This document shows, piece by piece, positions 20,234 to 29,642 of a stretch of DNA of 64,000 nt; positions within the stretch are counted from its first letter, which is position 1; each line of letters begins with the position of its first letter. The position numbers and the translations under genes are program-made. Source of the DNA: Parcubacteria group bacterium (GTDB lineage Bacteria > Patescibacteriota > Minisyncoccia > UBA10092). The DNA lies in contig JACPLW010000002.1 in NCBI GenBank assembly GCA_016186325.1, positions 1,485 through 65,484 of the forward strand, given 5' to 3'. The notes below the pieces were generated by a model. It was given only the letters and a program-made list of their open reading frames with translations, had not been told where the DNA came from and did not search any database.

Positions 20234-21757
20234 TTACCGAGCATACTCAATAGCTCTCGTTTCTCTAATAACGTTAACTTTAATTTCGCCCGGGTATTTC
20301 AGTTCGCTTTCAATTCTTTTGGCAATTTCCTTCGCCAATTGAAGCGCTTTCAAATCATCAATAGTCTGCGGAGCAACGAAAACCCTGATTTCCCGGCCGG
20401 CAGAAATGGCGTATGATTTTTCAACGCCTTCAAAAGAGTTAACAATACCCTCGAGTTCGGTAAGCCGCTTGACATAGTTTTCAATCGTATCGCGCCGCGC
20501 GCCGGGCCGGCCTCCGGAAATGCCGTCGGCGGCAGTTACGATATACGATTCAAGAGTAGAAAAAGGATAATCCTCATGATGCGACTCCATTCCTCTAATA
20601 ACGGCCTCATCAACGCCGTATTTTTTAAGAATTTTTCTTCCCAATTCAACATGGGTACCCTCAATTTCATGGTCAACCGCCTTGCCGATATCGTGGAGCA
20701 AGGCCGCTTTTTTAGAAATCTCAACATTGGCGCCGAGCTCCTTTGCCATCATTCCGGAGATATGAGCCATTTCAATTGAGTGAATAAGAACATTTTGACC
20801 GTAGCTGGTGCGAAACGCCAAACGGCCTAAAAGTACAACAATTTCTTTCGGCAAGCCTAAAATGCCGACCTCGTAAGCCGCGGCCTCACCTGCTTCCACC
20901 AATTTTTTGTTTACCTCTTTTTTTGCTTCTTCAACTTTTTCTTCAATTCTGGCCGGTTGAATCCGTCCGTCGCTCATCAGCTTTATTAAAGCGGTTTTAG
21001 CAATCTCCCGCCTTAACGGATCAAATGAAGAAAGAGTTATAGCTCCGGGCGTTTCATCAACTATTACTTCCACGCCGGTTAATCTTTCAAGCGTGCGGAT
21101 ATTGCGGCCTTCTTTTCCGATAATCCGACCCTTTAAATCGTCTGACGGAAGGTTAACAGTAGAAGTAGTAATTTCGCTAACGTGAGAGCGGGCGTATCTT
21201 TGAACCGCCACAGTCATAATTTCCCGCGCCCTTTTTTCCAACTCTTCAATTCGGTTTTTTTCCATTTTGGAAATAGCCGCAACAAGATCGGTTTTAGAAT
21301 CTTCTTCTACTTTTTTAAATAAACTGTTCTTCGCTTCTTCGCCCGACATTCCGGCAACATGTTCAAGCATTTCTTCGCTTTTTGCTTTGAAAACCTCGGC
21401 TTCTTGCTTGATGGTTTTAACCGCGTTAACCTGGCCTTCAATGTCCGCCTTCAAGTTTTCGAGCTCGCTTTCTTTCTGATCAATTTTTCTAATTTGAGAG
21501 TTTAATCGCTCTTCTTGGCGCGTTAAAACCGCGAGTTTTTCCCGCTCTTGATTTTTCGCGTCTTCAAAAATTTTTACTGCCTGGTCTTTTGCTTGAAGCA
21601 AAAGTTCTTTGCTTTTGGTTTTTGCTTCTTCAAGCTGGTTCTTGATCTTAGTTTCTGCCGAATTTAAACTTCTTGTAGCAAAAATCTGGCGAGTAAGATA
21701 GCCCAAAGCCGCACCCAATGCCAAGGCCAGGGCGCCGATTATAAAATAGAAGGTCAT
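20234..21757 (-). CDS. rny: ribonuclease Y
   Basis: N-terminal TM, coiled coil, KH GRIIGKEGRNIR, HD LLHDIGK. Confidence 0.96.
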   Translation of the reverse strand: MTFYFIIGALALALGAALGYLTRQIFATRSLNSAETKIKNQLEEAKTKSKELLLQAKDQAVKIFEDAKNQEREKLAVLTRQEERLNSQIRKIDQKESELENLKADIEGQVNAVKTIKQEAEVFKAKSEEMLEHVAGMSGEEAKNSLFKKVEEDSKTDLVAAISKMEKNRIEELEKRAREIMTVAVQRYARSHVSEITTSTVNLPSDDLKGRIIGKEGRNIRTLERLTGVEVIVDETPGAITLSSFDPLRREIAKTALIKLMSDGRIQPARIEEKVEEAKKEVNKKLVEAGEAAAYEVGILGLPKEIVVLLGRLAFRTSYGQNVLIHSIEMAHISGMMAKELGANVEISKKAALLHDIGKAVDHEIEGTHVELGRKILKKYGVDEAVIRGMESHHEDYPFSTLESYIVTAADGISGGRPGARRDTIENYVKRLTELEGIVNSFEGVEKSYAISAGREIRVFVAPQTIDDLKALQLAKEIAKRIESELKYPGEIKVNVIRETRAIEYAR

Positions 21758-21960
21758 ATTGATATTTTCCTAAAATCTTTAAAGTCATTTTAGTACTTGT
21801 ACATGATAACAAAAATAAATATTTTTGTCAAAGGTGTTTATTTATGAAAAATTTGATTTAAAAAAAACCGCTTAATGACCAAGCGGAACTATTTTTATAA
21901 TTAGTTTTTTCTTTCTTTTAACGTTCTGCCGATTTTATATTCCGTCCCTATCTTTCTCTT

Positions 21961-22263
21961 TCATGCGCTGTCTCCTGTACGAAACAAATGACGAAATGGT
22001 TCAAGATATTTCTTAGAAATCTTCTTATCCCTGACTAGGGTCATAAGATCTCGGTTTTCCTTTGGATCTTTGTGATGAGCGGTAATAGTTGCGCCTTGTG
22101 TCTGTTCAAATAGTATCCACATATAGGTGCGGAGGGCATCGCTTATAACTTCAACGTTCTTTCGTCTTGTAATCTTAGTAAATTCTCTAATTGCATCAAC
22201 GGCTTTACCTGTAACTTCAATAGTTAATTTCTTTTTCTTTGCCATTTCTGTCTCCATTATCAT
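21961..22263 (-). CDS. small hypothetical protein (ribbon-helix-helix-like)
   Basis: KKLTIEV...EVISDALRTY pattern. Confidence 0.5.
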   Translation of the reverse strand: MIMETEMAKKKKLTIEVTGKAVDAIREFTKITRRKNVEVISDALRTYMWILFEQTQGATITAHHKDPKENRDLMTLVRDKKISKKYLEPFRHLFRTGDSA

Positions 22264-22295
22264 TTGATTTAGTTTTTAAATAACAAACTTCGTTT

Positions 22296-22443
22296 AAAAC
22301 AAAAATAGCACCTGGTGCTATTTTTGTAAAGTGAGCGGGCCGCCTCGTCCGCCAACAAGGTTGGCGAGACGAGCGAGACATTGCACGCCCCTCCTTCGCC
22401 CCGCTTTGCGGGGCTTCGGACGGGCAAGCGTTAGAACTTGTTT
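22296..22443. repeat. 148-bp direct repeat, copy 1 (copy 2 at 24361-24508)
   Basis: About 6 mismatches by eye; terminator hairpin plus a conserved site invaded by two palindromes. Confidence 0.9.
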
Positions 22444-22506
22444 GGCGGGTGTAGTAAATGATTGGTTTGTGCCAAGTTTCAAATAAAAAATAGCCGCAGA
22501 GCGGCT

Positions 22507-22983
22507 TTATTTCTGATACCTCACAATATCTATACCCAAATCGATTGGGCCGAAAGCAAGGGGCAGAAGTTCCCTAATAGTAGTGAGAACAATTAACTCT
22601 TTCTTGGTGGTTGAAAGAACAATCTGTAAATCACAACCGGATATTTGGGATATTTCGTAAAGCACTTGTCTGCAACTTCCACAGGGTCCTGTAACCTCGG
22701 TCGTATCAAAGTTCTCACCACGAGCAATGACGGCAATGCCTATGAATTTTCGTATTCCCATTGCATTCGCCCTAAGTACCGCCGAGCGTTCTGCACAAAT
22801 TGTTGAACCATAAGCGGCGTTTTCAAAATTCGTTCCTGATATTAATTGTCCATCTTGTGCAATGAGCGTTGCCCCAACATAGAAGTGAGAATAAGGATTA
22901 TATGAATTTTTGAGAACTTCCAATGCTGAATTTAATGCTTCTCGTTGTAGTTGACTCAACAATTCATATTTTACTGTCTGCAT
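22507..22983 (-). CDS. cdd: cytidine deaminase
   Basis: PYSHFYVGA, NFENAAY, CAERSA, PCGSCRQ. Confidence 0.93.
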   Translation of the reverse strand: MQTVKYELLSQLQREALNSALEVLKNSYNPYSHFYVGATLIAQDGQLISGTNFENAAYGSTICAERSAVLRANAMGIRKFIGIAVIARGENFDTTEVTGPCGSCRQVLYEISQISGCDLQIVLSTTKKELIVLTTIRELLPLAFGPIDLGIDIVRYQK

Positions 22984-23245
22984 TTTTGCCTCCACTATTA
23001 CTGCAGCATGAATGTGTCAACTGTAAATTGTATAACATATTTATTTTTTTGCAAGCAGTTTAAAATTTCCTTTCATCACTCGTAACCGCAACAAAAACAA
23101 CCGCGCAATTGCGCGGTTGTTTTTATAACAAGCAGGACATTGCACGCTTGCCCACATTGTTTATTTTTGTGAAATGAGAAAACCGCATGGCGTACCATGC
23201 GGCTTCTCGGTGAACGTTGTTACCGAGTTGTTTCTACTGCGACGG

Positions 23246-23830
23246 CTAGTTAGCCGTCGATATCTTCATCCGTACCGTAGGTCGGTGGATGAAAAGAAGG
23301 TACATCATCATGGTGTTGCCAGTCAGGAATCCGACCGGCTGGATCAAGTGCTCCCAGTTAAGCGTTGGGATTGCGAGCATCGCGGGGATACAAGAAGCCC
23401 AGAAGAAGCACCAGCCTGCACGAGACTCATCCTGTGGCCTGTACCATATATTCACGAAAGTCGGGATTGTTCCGACCAATCCCGTGACTTGCGCCGCCAA
23501 CATTCCAAGAATGGGGCTGTCAAAAATCCCCCAGAGCGCGATGCCGACCAGCGCGCCTACGAGCGACCACGTGTCCACTCGCGTCCATCCTGACTTGCCG
23601 TACTTGAGCGACAGTAGGAAGACGAGACACGCTCCGGTGATCGCTCCGACAATTTGTCCATTCACTGCATCCTTCACATACATCCCCGCGAAGGTGATAC
23701 CGTCTATGACCAACCAGATCAACCACGAGGCTTTCATTGGTTGGGTCTGCCGCTTGATTATTGCGGCAACGTAGGGCACGAACCCTAGTAAGAAGATGAC
23801 TCCAGAGAGCTGTGACAGAAACGTCCGCAT
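23246..23830 (-). CDS. multi-pass membrane protein (PQ-loop-like), GC-rich
   Basis: GGAGG RBS; 6-7 hydrophobic segments. Confidence 0.7.
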   Translation of the reverse strand: MRTFLSQLSGVIFLLGFVPYVAAIIKRQTQPMKASWLIWLVIDGITFAGMYVKDAVNGQIVGAITGACLVFLLSLKYGKSGWTRVDTWSLVGALVGIALWGIFDSPILGMLAAQVTGLVGTIPTFVNIWYRPQDESRAGWCFFWASCIPAMLAIPTLNWEHLIQPVGFLTGNTMMMYLLFIHRPTVRMKISTAN

Positions 23831-23995
23831 TGCGCACCTCCATTTTGTCTGTGAGTGTTTGGGGATTTAATAAGTATGATCTCTGCGACACAATAAAGCT
23901 CAGGATTTCTTCAGCTCAATTGTGTCGCAGGGATGAATTTAAAGATCCAATATTGATACATGCAATTATACCATATAAACTTGATGCTTGTCAAA

Positions 23996-24030
23996 TGAGC
24001 GGGACATTGCACGACGTTAGAACCTGTTTT
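23996..24030. repeat. uninterrupted core of the repeated inter-cassette site
   Basis: TGAGCGGGACATTGCACGACGTTAGAACCTGTTTT; partial copy at 23131-23146. Confidence 0.75.
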
Positions 24031-24101
24031 GAGCAAAATAAAACTGCCCTGGTCTATGCCTTGTCGACAGTTGTTATGATAAAGTGATGGACAGAGTAGT
24101 A

Positions 24102-24320
24102 TTATCGATAATCTCGATTACCGGGTGGTTCTAAAATTAAGACACTGTTCTCGGAAATGTTTAATTCTTTAAGCTTTGGTTTCAAGCCACCGTAGTTGTC
24201 TTTTTCGTATTGCTCATCTAGAAGCCTTTTTGCTTCCAGCTCATCATTAGCAGTTATCAAGAGCACTTGAGGTGTGCTGTAGAAGTCTCTTTCACAGTAA
24301 AATACGCACTTGTTGGCCAT
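24102..24320 (-). CDS. small hypothetical protein
   Basis: 72-aa ORF between repeat sites. Confidence 0.55.
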   Translation of the reverse strand: MANKCVFYCERDFYSTPQVLLITANDELEAKRLLDEQYEKDNYGGLKPKLKELNISENSVLILEPPGNRDYR

Positions 24321-24360
24321 TTTTCTTCCCCTTGTCTCTTAACTTTTAAGATTAAAGAAC

Positions 24361-24508
24361 AAAACAAAAATAGCACCAGGTGCTATTTTTGTAAAGTGAG
24401 CGGGCCGCCTCGTCCGCCAACAAGGTTGGCGAGACGAGCGAGACACTGCACAACCCTCCTTCGCCCCGCTTTGCGGGGCTTCGGACGGACAAGCGTTAGA
24501 ACCTGTTT
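24361..24508. repeat. 148-bp direct repeat, copy 2
   Basis: Matches 22296-22443. Confidence 0.9.
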
Positions 24509-24616
24509 TGAATAAAAGATTCAAAATACTTGGCATTCGCTACAGCGATTTAGTTACCCTATCGTGTATTGCACTATTTTTTTCGCCGTGATACAAAATA
24601 CCGTCAGGAGGCGAAA

Positions 24617-24946
24617 ATGGCCAAGGCGCATCTAAGTTCAATCTCTGTAACTATGCCAGACGGCGACATCCTAGTTTGTAGTATTAACTGCGGCGAACTC
24701 GTAGACGGGTTGAAGCTCATGTCCTCTCCGTCCGTGCGAGAAGTCCGCTTCAGCATAGTGGACGAAGAAGGAAGAGACGGAACTCTTCTTTTCGTTAAGG
24801 ATAGTCAACGAGCAATAGCGGTCTACGCGATTCCTATGGCTTTGCAAGATCCGAAGGTCTATTACGACAACCTTGCGACCCGAGCTAAAGCCGCTGCGAT
24901 GGGAGGAGTGATGGGCTGTCTCGAAGAGTTACGTGGAGATGATTGA
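24617..24946 (+). CDS. hypothetical protein
   Basis: AGGAGG RBS before ATG at 24617. Confidence 0.6.
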   Translation: MAKAHLSSISVTMPDGDILVCSINCGELVDGLKLMSSPSVREVRFSIVDEEGRDGTLLFVKDSQRAIAVYAIPMALQDPKVYYDNLATRAKAAAMGGVMGCLEELRGDD

Positions 24947-25052
24947 CGCATACGACGACCAAAGAGTATCTCGGCCGTCTTTTTACTTAGCGGTTAGATT
25001 TCTACCTACTTTTAATTCAGAACACCATATTATGTGCAGCACTCTGACGGCA

Positions 25053-25080
25053 AGCGGGTGAGCAGAATCGAACTGCCGTT
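25053..25080 (-). pseudogene. 3' fragment (T arm + acceptor strand) of a tRNA-Gly
   Basis: Reverse complement: GGCAG-TTCGATT-CTGCT-CACCCGC-T. Confidence 0.65.
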
Positions 25081-25162
25081 AATCTTTTTAAGATAACGGG
25101 CTATCCACAAGACAAAACCGAACCATTGTGATATTATTTATAGGTGGTAACAACACGTCATT

Positions 25163-25834
25163 ATGCGTAATGATAAGCATATTGCTATAAAATTAAGAAA
25201 GCAAGGGAAAAGTTACAGTAAGATAAGCAAAGAGTTGAACGTGCCTAAAAGCACGTTGTCTGCTTGGCTTTCGGATATAAATTGGTCTAGGTTTATAAAA
25301 ATTGGTCTTACGAGAAGAGCTAATTATATTGCTAGAAAACGATTACGATCATACAATAAAAAACAGAAAATATTTTGGGAAGCGTGGCGAGCACAGGCAA
25401 GACAACAAGCTCGCAGTAGCTTTCCGAAACTTAAGTCAAATCCTCTCTTTATATCAGGAATAATGATTTATTGGGGCGAAGGTGATAGTAAAATAGAAAA
25501 TTCCAACGTCAGGATATCAAACACTAATCCAGATATGATCAGGGTTTTTAATTTATTTTTGCGGATAATTTGTAAGGTCCCAAAAGAAAAAATAAAAATG
25601 GCAATGATTTTATACCCTGATCTCAATGAAATCAAATGTAAAAATTTTTGGAGTAAGACTTCTGGTGTGCCTAAGGGTCAATTTATAAAAACTCAATTTA
25701 TCAGGGGTAAACATCCTACCAAAAGATTGACTCACGGAATTGCTTTAGTATACTACCCTAGTAGAGAACTAAAAGAAAAAATATTCGTCTGGATTGAGCT
25801 TTTCCACAAACAATTTCCGCTCATGCGGGTGTAG
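25163..25834 (+). CDS. HTH + LAGLIDADG-like protein
   Basis: N-terminal GKSYSKISKELNVPKSTLSAW HTH; GIMIYWGEGD...ISNTNPDMI. Confidence 0.65.
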   Translation: MRNDKHIAIKLRKQGKSYSKISKELNVPKSTLSAWLSDINWSRFIKIGLTRRANYIARKRLRSYNKKQKIFWEAWRAQARQQARSSFPKLKSNPLFISGIMIYWGEGDSKIENSNVRISNTNPDMIRVFNLFLRIICKVPKEKIKMAMILYPDLNEIKCKNFWSKTSGVPKGQFIKTQFIRGKHPTKRLTHGIALVYYPSRELKEKIFVWIELFHKQFPLMRV

Positions 25835-25898
25835 CACAATGGTAGTGCGCTTGGTTGCCAATCAAGATACGTGGGTTCGATTCCCATCACCCGCTCCA
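25825..25898 (+). tRNA. tRNA-Gly(GCC), CCA encoded
   Basis: GCGGGTG acceptor, CTTGG-TTGCCAA-TCAAG. Confidence 0.92.
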
Positions 25899-26025
25899 TA
25901 ACACAAAAAGCCCTGTAAATGGGCTTTTTGTGTTGACCCACTTACCCATTGCCAAAAGATATTTTTTGCGTTATTATGATAGCACATAACGATAGTGGAT
26001 AAGTTGTTATTAATTTTACCTAATT

Positions 26026-26808
26026 ATGCGCACAAAAATAAGAAAAATCACTCAAATTTTGGCTTTATCGGGCCTTTTTGCCGTATTTAGCTTTATCGGT
26101 TTAAAGTTCGCCGTGGCCCAAGAATTGCCGATGACAACCGCCGCCGACAAAGTTCCGTCTCTTAAAATTTTGCCGGCCGGCTTTTATCAATTTAACAATT
26201 TAAACATTTTAAAAGGACCCACTTTGGATGAGCCGCCGGCGACCATAGAAGCCATTCAAAAAAATGAAGATTCCTGCGTCGTTTATGAAAACGGTAAAAC
26301 CGACCGTCCTTTACCATGTGTCTTTAATAGCGAAGCGAGCAATAACTTTATAATTCAGATAGATGAAAGAACGACACTTCTTGGCAGTAATCAAGAGCCG
26401 GCGCTTTTAAGCGATTTTGCGGCCGGCGATCATGTTAATGTTTTGGGTTGGCTATTGGCTGATTCAAAAACCATCCGGGCGGCTGTTTTAAGAAGTTTAG
26501 AACAGAATAAAGATTTTCATCAGTCATTTTCGGGAACTATAAAAAAAGTTGACGCCAACGGCTTTATAATAACTCTTGATAATGGCGATGAAATTTCGGT
26601 ACAAACCCCGATTGTTGAAGGAGCGCAAGTTACAGTAAAGGGCGTTTTTGATAAAGTTAATATGGCAGTAAGCAATGTTTTATCGATGGCTTTCAGGTCG
26701 AATATAGTATTGGAAGCTCCCGCGGAAAAACCGGGGGTAGAAAAACCGGCGCCGGCCGCCAAGCCCTCTATTTTGTTTAAGAATTTCCTCAAAGTTTTCG
26801 GATTGTAA
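26026..26808 (+). CDS. exported hypothetical protein
   Basis: Signal-peptide-like N-terminus (AVAQ). Confidence 0.7.
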   Translation: MRTKIRKITQILALSGLFAVFSFIGLKFAVAQELPMTTAADKVPSLKILPAGFYQFNNLNILKGPTLDEPPATIEAIQKNEDSCVVYENGKTDRPLPCVFNSEASNNFIIQIDERTTLLGSNQEPALLSDFAAGDHVNVLGWLLADSKTIRAAVLRSLEQNKDFHQSFSGTIKKVDANGFIITLDNGDEISVQTPIVEGAQVTVKGVFDKVNMAVSNVLSMAFRSNIVLEAPAEKPGVEKPAPAAKPSILFKNFLKVFGL

Positions 26809-26834
26809 ATTACAATTAAACCAATTAAAAAAAT

Positions 26835-27056
26835 ATGAAAAAAGAAAAACTTATAAAAACTTACGATGGTAAAGATTATTGTTTTGGAGGCCTTGGATGC
26901 CCAATTGTTGAGTTTTCGCCGGGTAAAAAAATTGTTAAGTTAAGCGACCCGGAAAAACCGCAAAACGGGCAATTTACTATGGGGGCGGTAGAGTACAACT
27001 TATTAATTAAAAACGCCAAAAAAGTTAAGGAAAAGACAGTCAAAATTTTGAAGTAA
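26835..27056 (+). CDS. small hypothetical protein
   Basis: 73 aa, CFGGLGCP. Confidence 0.55.
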   Translation: MKKEKLIKTYDGKDYCFGGLGCPIVEFSPGKKIVKLSDPEKPQNGQFTMGAVEYNLLIKNAKKVKEKTVKILK

Positions 27057-27128
27057 CAACCCCGCTCCGCAGTTGCGGGGCGGGGTTGTTTTAAAGTTTA
27101 CACTGAGCGAGTAAAACGAGTCGAAGTG

Positions 27129-27199
27129 TGCCGCGGGGCAGAATCGAACTGCCTTCAGATGCTCTTCAGGCACCTGCTTTACCATTAAGCTACCGCGGC
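27129..27199 (-). tRNA. tRNA-Phe(GAA)
   Basis: GCCGCGG acceptor, GGTGC-CTGAAGA-GCATC. Confidence 0.92.
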
Positions 27200-27246
27200 C
27201 TATTTTGGTTATTTTATCGTGTTTTCTATTCAAAAACAAGGCGTTT

Positions 27247-27732
27247 TTAGAGATCTCGTTTCAGCTTAGGATTCCACAGCGTCAATTCGATTTTTCTTTT
27301 CCCTCCGAATGTAAAGTGATGCCGGGCAGGGTAACCTGATTTAGACGTGTTACTTATTGCCTTATTACCACCTATATAGAAACCGATATGTTTATGCGCA
27401 TTACCATTTCTAAAATCTGTTTTTTCCCATACTATTACACTTCCGATTTCGGGTTTTTTTATTTCTTTCCATCCGGATTTTTTTAAATCCTTAACGGTAG
27501 AATCAACGGTCGCGTGCCCTTCTTTAATAAACCTAAACAACAGTAAAATTGACGAAACATAAAACGCGCATGAAAGTTCGCCGTTTCTCGTAATATCGGT
27601 TTTTTTGCCATTTACTTTTGCGTATAAATTACGAAACAGCTTAGAACCGACACTGTTTTTAATAACAGCAATATACGTGTCGAAAATAATTAGAATTACT
27701 TTTTGTTTTTTTGCTGAAGTCGCCGAATTCAT
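27247..27732 (-). CDS. NlpC/P60-like (Cys-His) protein
   Basis: LSCAFYVS, GSVIVW, HKHIGFY. Confidence 0.6.
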   Translation of the reverse strand: MNSATSAKKQKVILIIFDTYIAVIKNSVGSKLFRNLYAKVNGKKTDITRNGELSCAFYVSSILLLFRFIKEGHATVDSTVKDLKKSGWKEIKKPEIGSVIVWEKTDFRNGNAHKHIGFYIGGNKAISNTSKSGYPARHHFTFGGKRKIELTLWNPKLKRDL

Positions 27733-28319
27733 CGCTTCTCGTATTCTTTGTGCACTTTGCCGGATTTTTTAATTGACGGCGTGAGCGCTATTTTATCTTC
27801 GTCCCATTTGGCGGGGCAAACTTTTCCCGGATTTTTAGAAACGAACTCAAGCGCCTTGAGCTTGCGGAGCGTTTCAACAGCGCTTCGCCCGATCGAATCG
27901 GAAACAATGTCAACGGCGCGCAGTATGCCCCCTGGGTCAATAATAAAAGTTGCCCGCTCTGCCATGCCATTTTCTTCGCTATAAATGCCTAATTCTTTAG
28001 AAAAATTTCCATTATGGTCTGACGCGAGCGGATATTTAATTCCGGACAGCAGTTTTTCAATTTCCAGCCAAGCCTTGTGGGTATAAACCGTGTCGGTGCT
28101 CACTGCCACGATTTCAGCTTTGAGCTTTTTAAATTCGGGGTAAAGATGATTTAAATCGGCAAGTTCGGTCGGGCAAACAAAAGTAAAGTCCGCCGGATAG
28201 AACAAAATAACCGTCCATTTGCCGGCAAGGTCTTTTGAAGCGAGCCGCCCGACTTCGTCTTTAAGAGGCCAATAAACCTCCAAAGAGAAGTGGGGAAATT
28301 TTTTATCAATTTGAAACAT
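27729..28319 (-). CDS. ahpC: 2-Cys peroxiredoxin
   Basis: FYPADFTFVCPTE and VCPAKW; start moved to ATG at 28319. Confidence 0.93.
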   Translation of the reverse strand: MFQIDKKFPHFSLEVYWPLKDEVGRLASKDLAGKWTVILFYPADFTFVCPTELADLNHLYPEFKKLKAEIVAVSTDTVYTHKAWLEIEKLLSGIKYPLASDHNGNFSKELGIYSEENGMAERATFIIDPGGILRAVDIVSDSIGRSAVETLRKLKALEFVSKNPGKVCPAKWDEDKIALTPSIKKSGKVHKEYEKR

Positions 28320-28419
28320 AATTTTATATATTTTAATTTTACCAGAAAATCGTTGAAATGAAATAGGGACAGGCGGTGCTGAAACACTGCCTGTCCCCCC
28401 TGAATCTGACCGGCCGGCA

Positions 28420-29502
28420 TCAAACCTTGCCTTTCGAAATTTTCGTATCATTTCTCCAGCATCCCCGAGTACTACCCAATCCATACCTATGCAACTTACT
28501 GTACAAAGTTTTTAGGGCTATTCCAAGGCTTATAGCGGTTAGTTTTTTATCACCGCCCGAATTTTTTAGCGCCGCCGAAATCATCTCAGCCTCGAGACTG
28601 GCCATGGCCTCTGAGAGAGATCTGCCCCTCTCTGGATGAGAAACTGCGCTATTGACTTGATTGATTTGGGCAGATTCGCCAACCGCCACCTCGGTGTCCA
28701 TCTTACCAAGCGCGGTTCGCACTGCCTCAACGGTCAAAACCCCAATGTCTTTATTTGAAAACAACTTTGAATGTTTGATAACATTTTTCAGCTCGCGGAC
28801 ATTGCCCGGCCAGCGGTGCTGGCACAAAAGCGCGAGCACGCCTTCCTCAATCTCTTCCTCTTCAGATTCAGATATCTGAAGGAAATGGCGCGTAAGAAGC
28901 CCGAGATCGCCATCACGTTCCCGAAGCGGCACAATTGGCACGGGGAATTCGTAGAGCCGATAGAAGAGATCGCTGCGAAACTTGCCATTCTTAACCATTG
29001 CGTAAAGATTTGCGCCCGTCGCAACAATCAATCGAACATCCACCGGCCTGTACTTCGTCTCGCCGATTCTGCGAACCTCATGATTCTCGGTAGCCCGAAG
29101 AAACCGAGCCTGAAGATGCGGCGGCATATCCTCGACCTGATCAATAAAGAGTGTCCCGCCATTCGCGGCCTCAATAAGGCCTATTGCTGGATGATGTGCG
29201 CTTGTGAATGCGCCTCGATCATGGCCAAAGAGCTCGTTCTCCATAAGTTCCATTGCTAGCGAGGCACAATCAACTATAATGAACGGCTCATTCGCGCGAT
29301 TACTCATCGCGTGAATCTCATGCGCGGCCACTTCTTTGCCGACGCCGGTCTCGCCCTGGAGGACAATGGTTTCCTCCGTCGGCGCGAGCTGCTCAAGCGT
29401 CCTCTTCATCTTCTGTATTCCGGCGCTTTCTCCTATAAATCTGGACCATCTTACTTGAGTCTCTGTTCGCAATCCAATGCCTTGCATCCCAATCCTATTC
29501 AT
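28420..29502 (-). CDS. sigma-54-interaction AAA+ / Fis-HTH regulator with no sensory domain
   Basis: GETGVGKE, ELFGH.RGAFTSA, FRSDLFYRL, WPGNVREL, C-terminal HTH. Confidence 0.88.
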   Translation of the reverse strand: MNRIGMQGIGLRTETQVRWSRFIGESAGIQKMKRTLEQLAPTEETIVLQGETGVGKEVAAHEIHAMSNRANEPFIIVDCASLAMELMENELFGHDRGAFTSAHHPAIGLIEAANGGTLFIDQVEDMPPHLQARFLRATENHEVRRIGETKYRPVDVRLIVATGANLYAMVKNGKFRSDLFYRLYEFPVPIVPLRERDGDLGLLTRHFLQISESEEEEIEEGVLALLCQHRWPGNVRELKNVIKHSKLFSNKDIGVLTVEAVRTALGKMDTEVAVGESAQINQVNSAVSHPERGRSLSEAMASLEAEMISAALKNSGGDKKLTAISLGIALKTLYSKLHRYGLGSTRGCWRNDTKISKGKV

Positions 29503-29642
29503 TATTATCCCCCTCGGTGTTAAGGTTCAACTTCCTGTCACTACCGACAAAATACAATAAAAACATAGAAAAGTCAAATAATAAAACAACTCGTAATTTA
29601 CTCTTTGAATTAATAAGGACGCGGCGTATTCAGGTGAGCCAT

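Noticed and set aside
22296-24508. Canonical integron attC array
   Set aside because: GTTAGAA does not fit GTTRRRY, no matching RYYYAAC box is evident, and there is no adjacent intI. Kept only as cassette-like.
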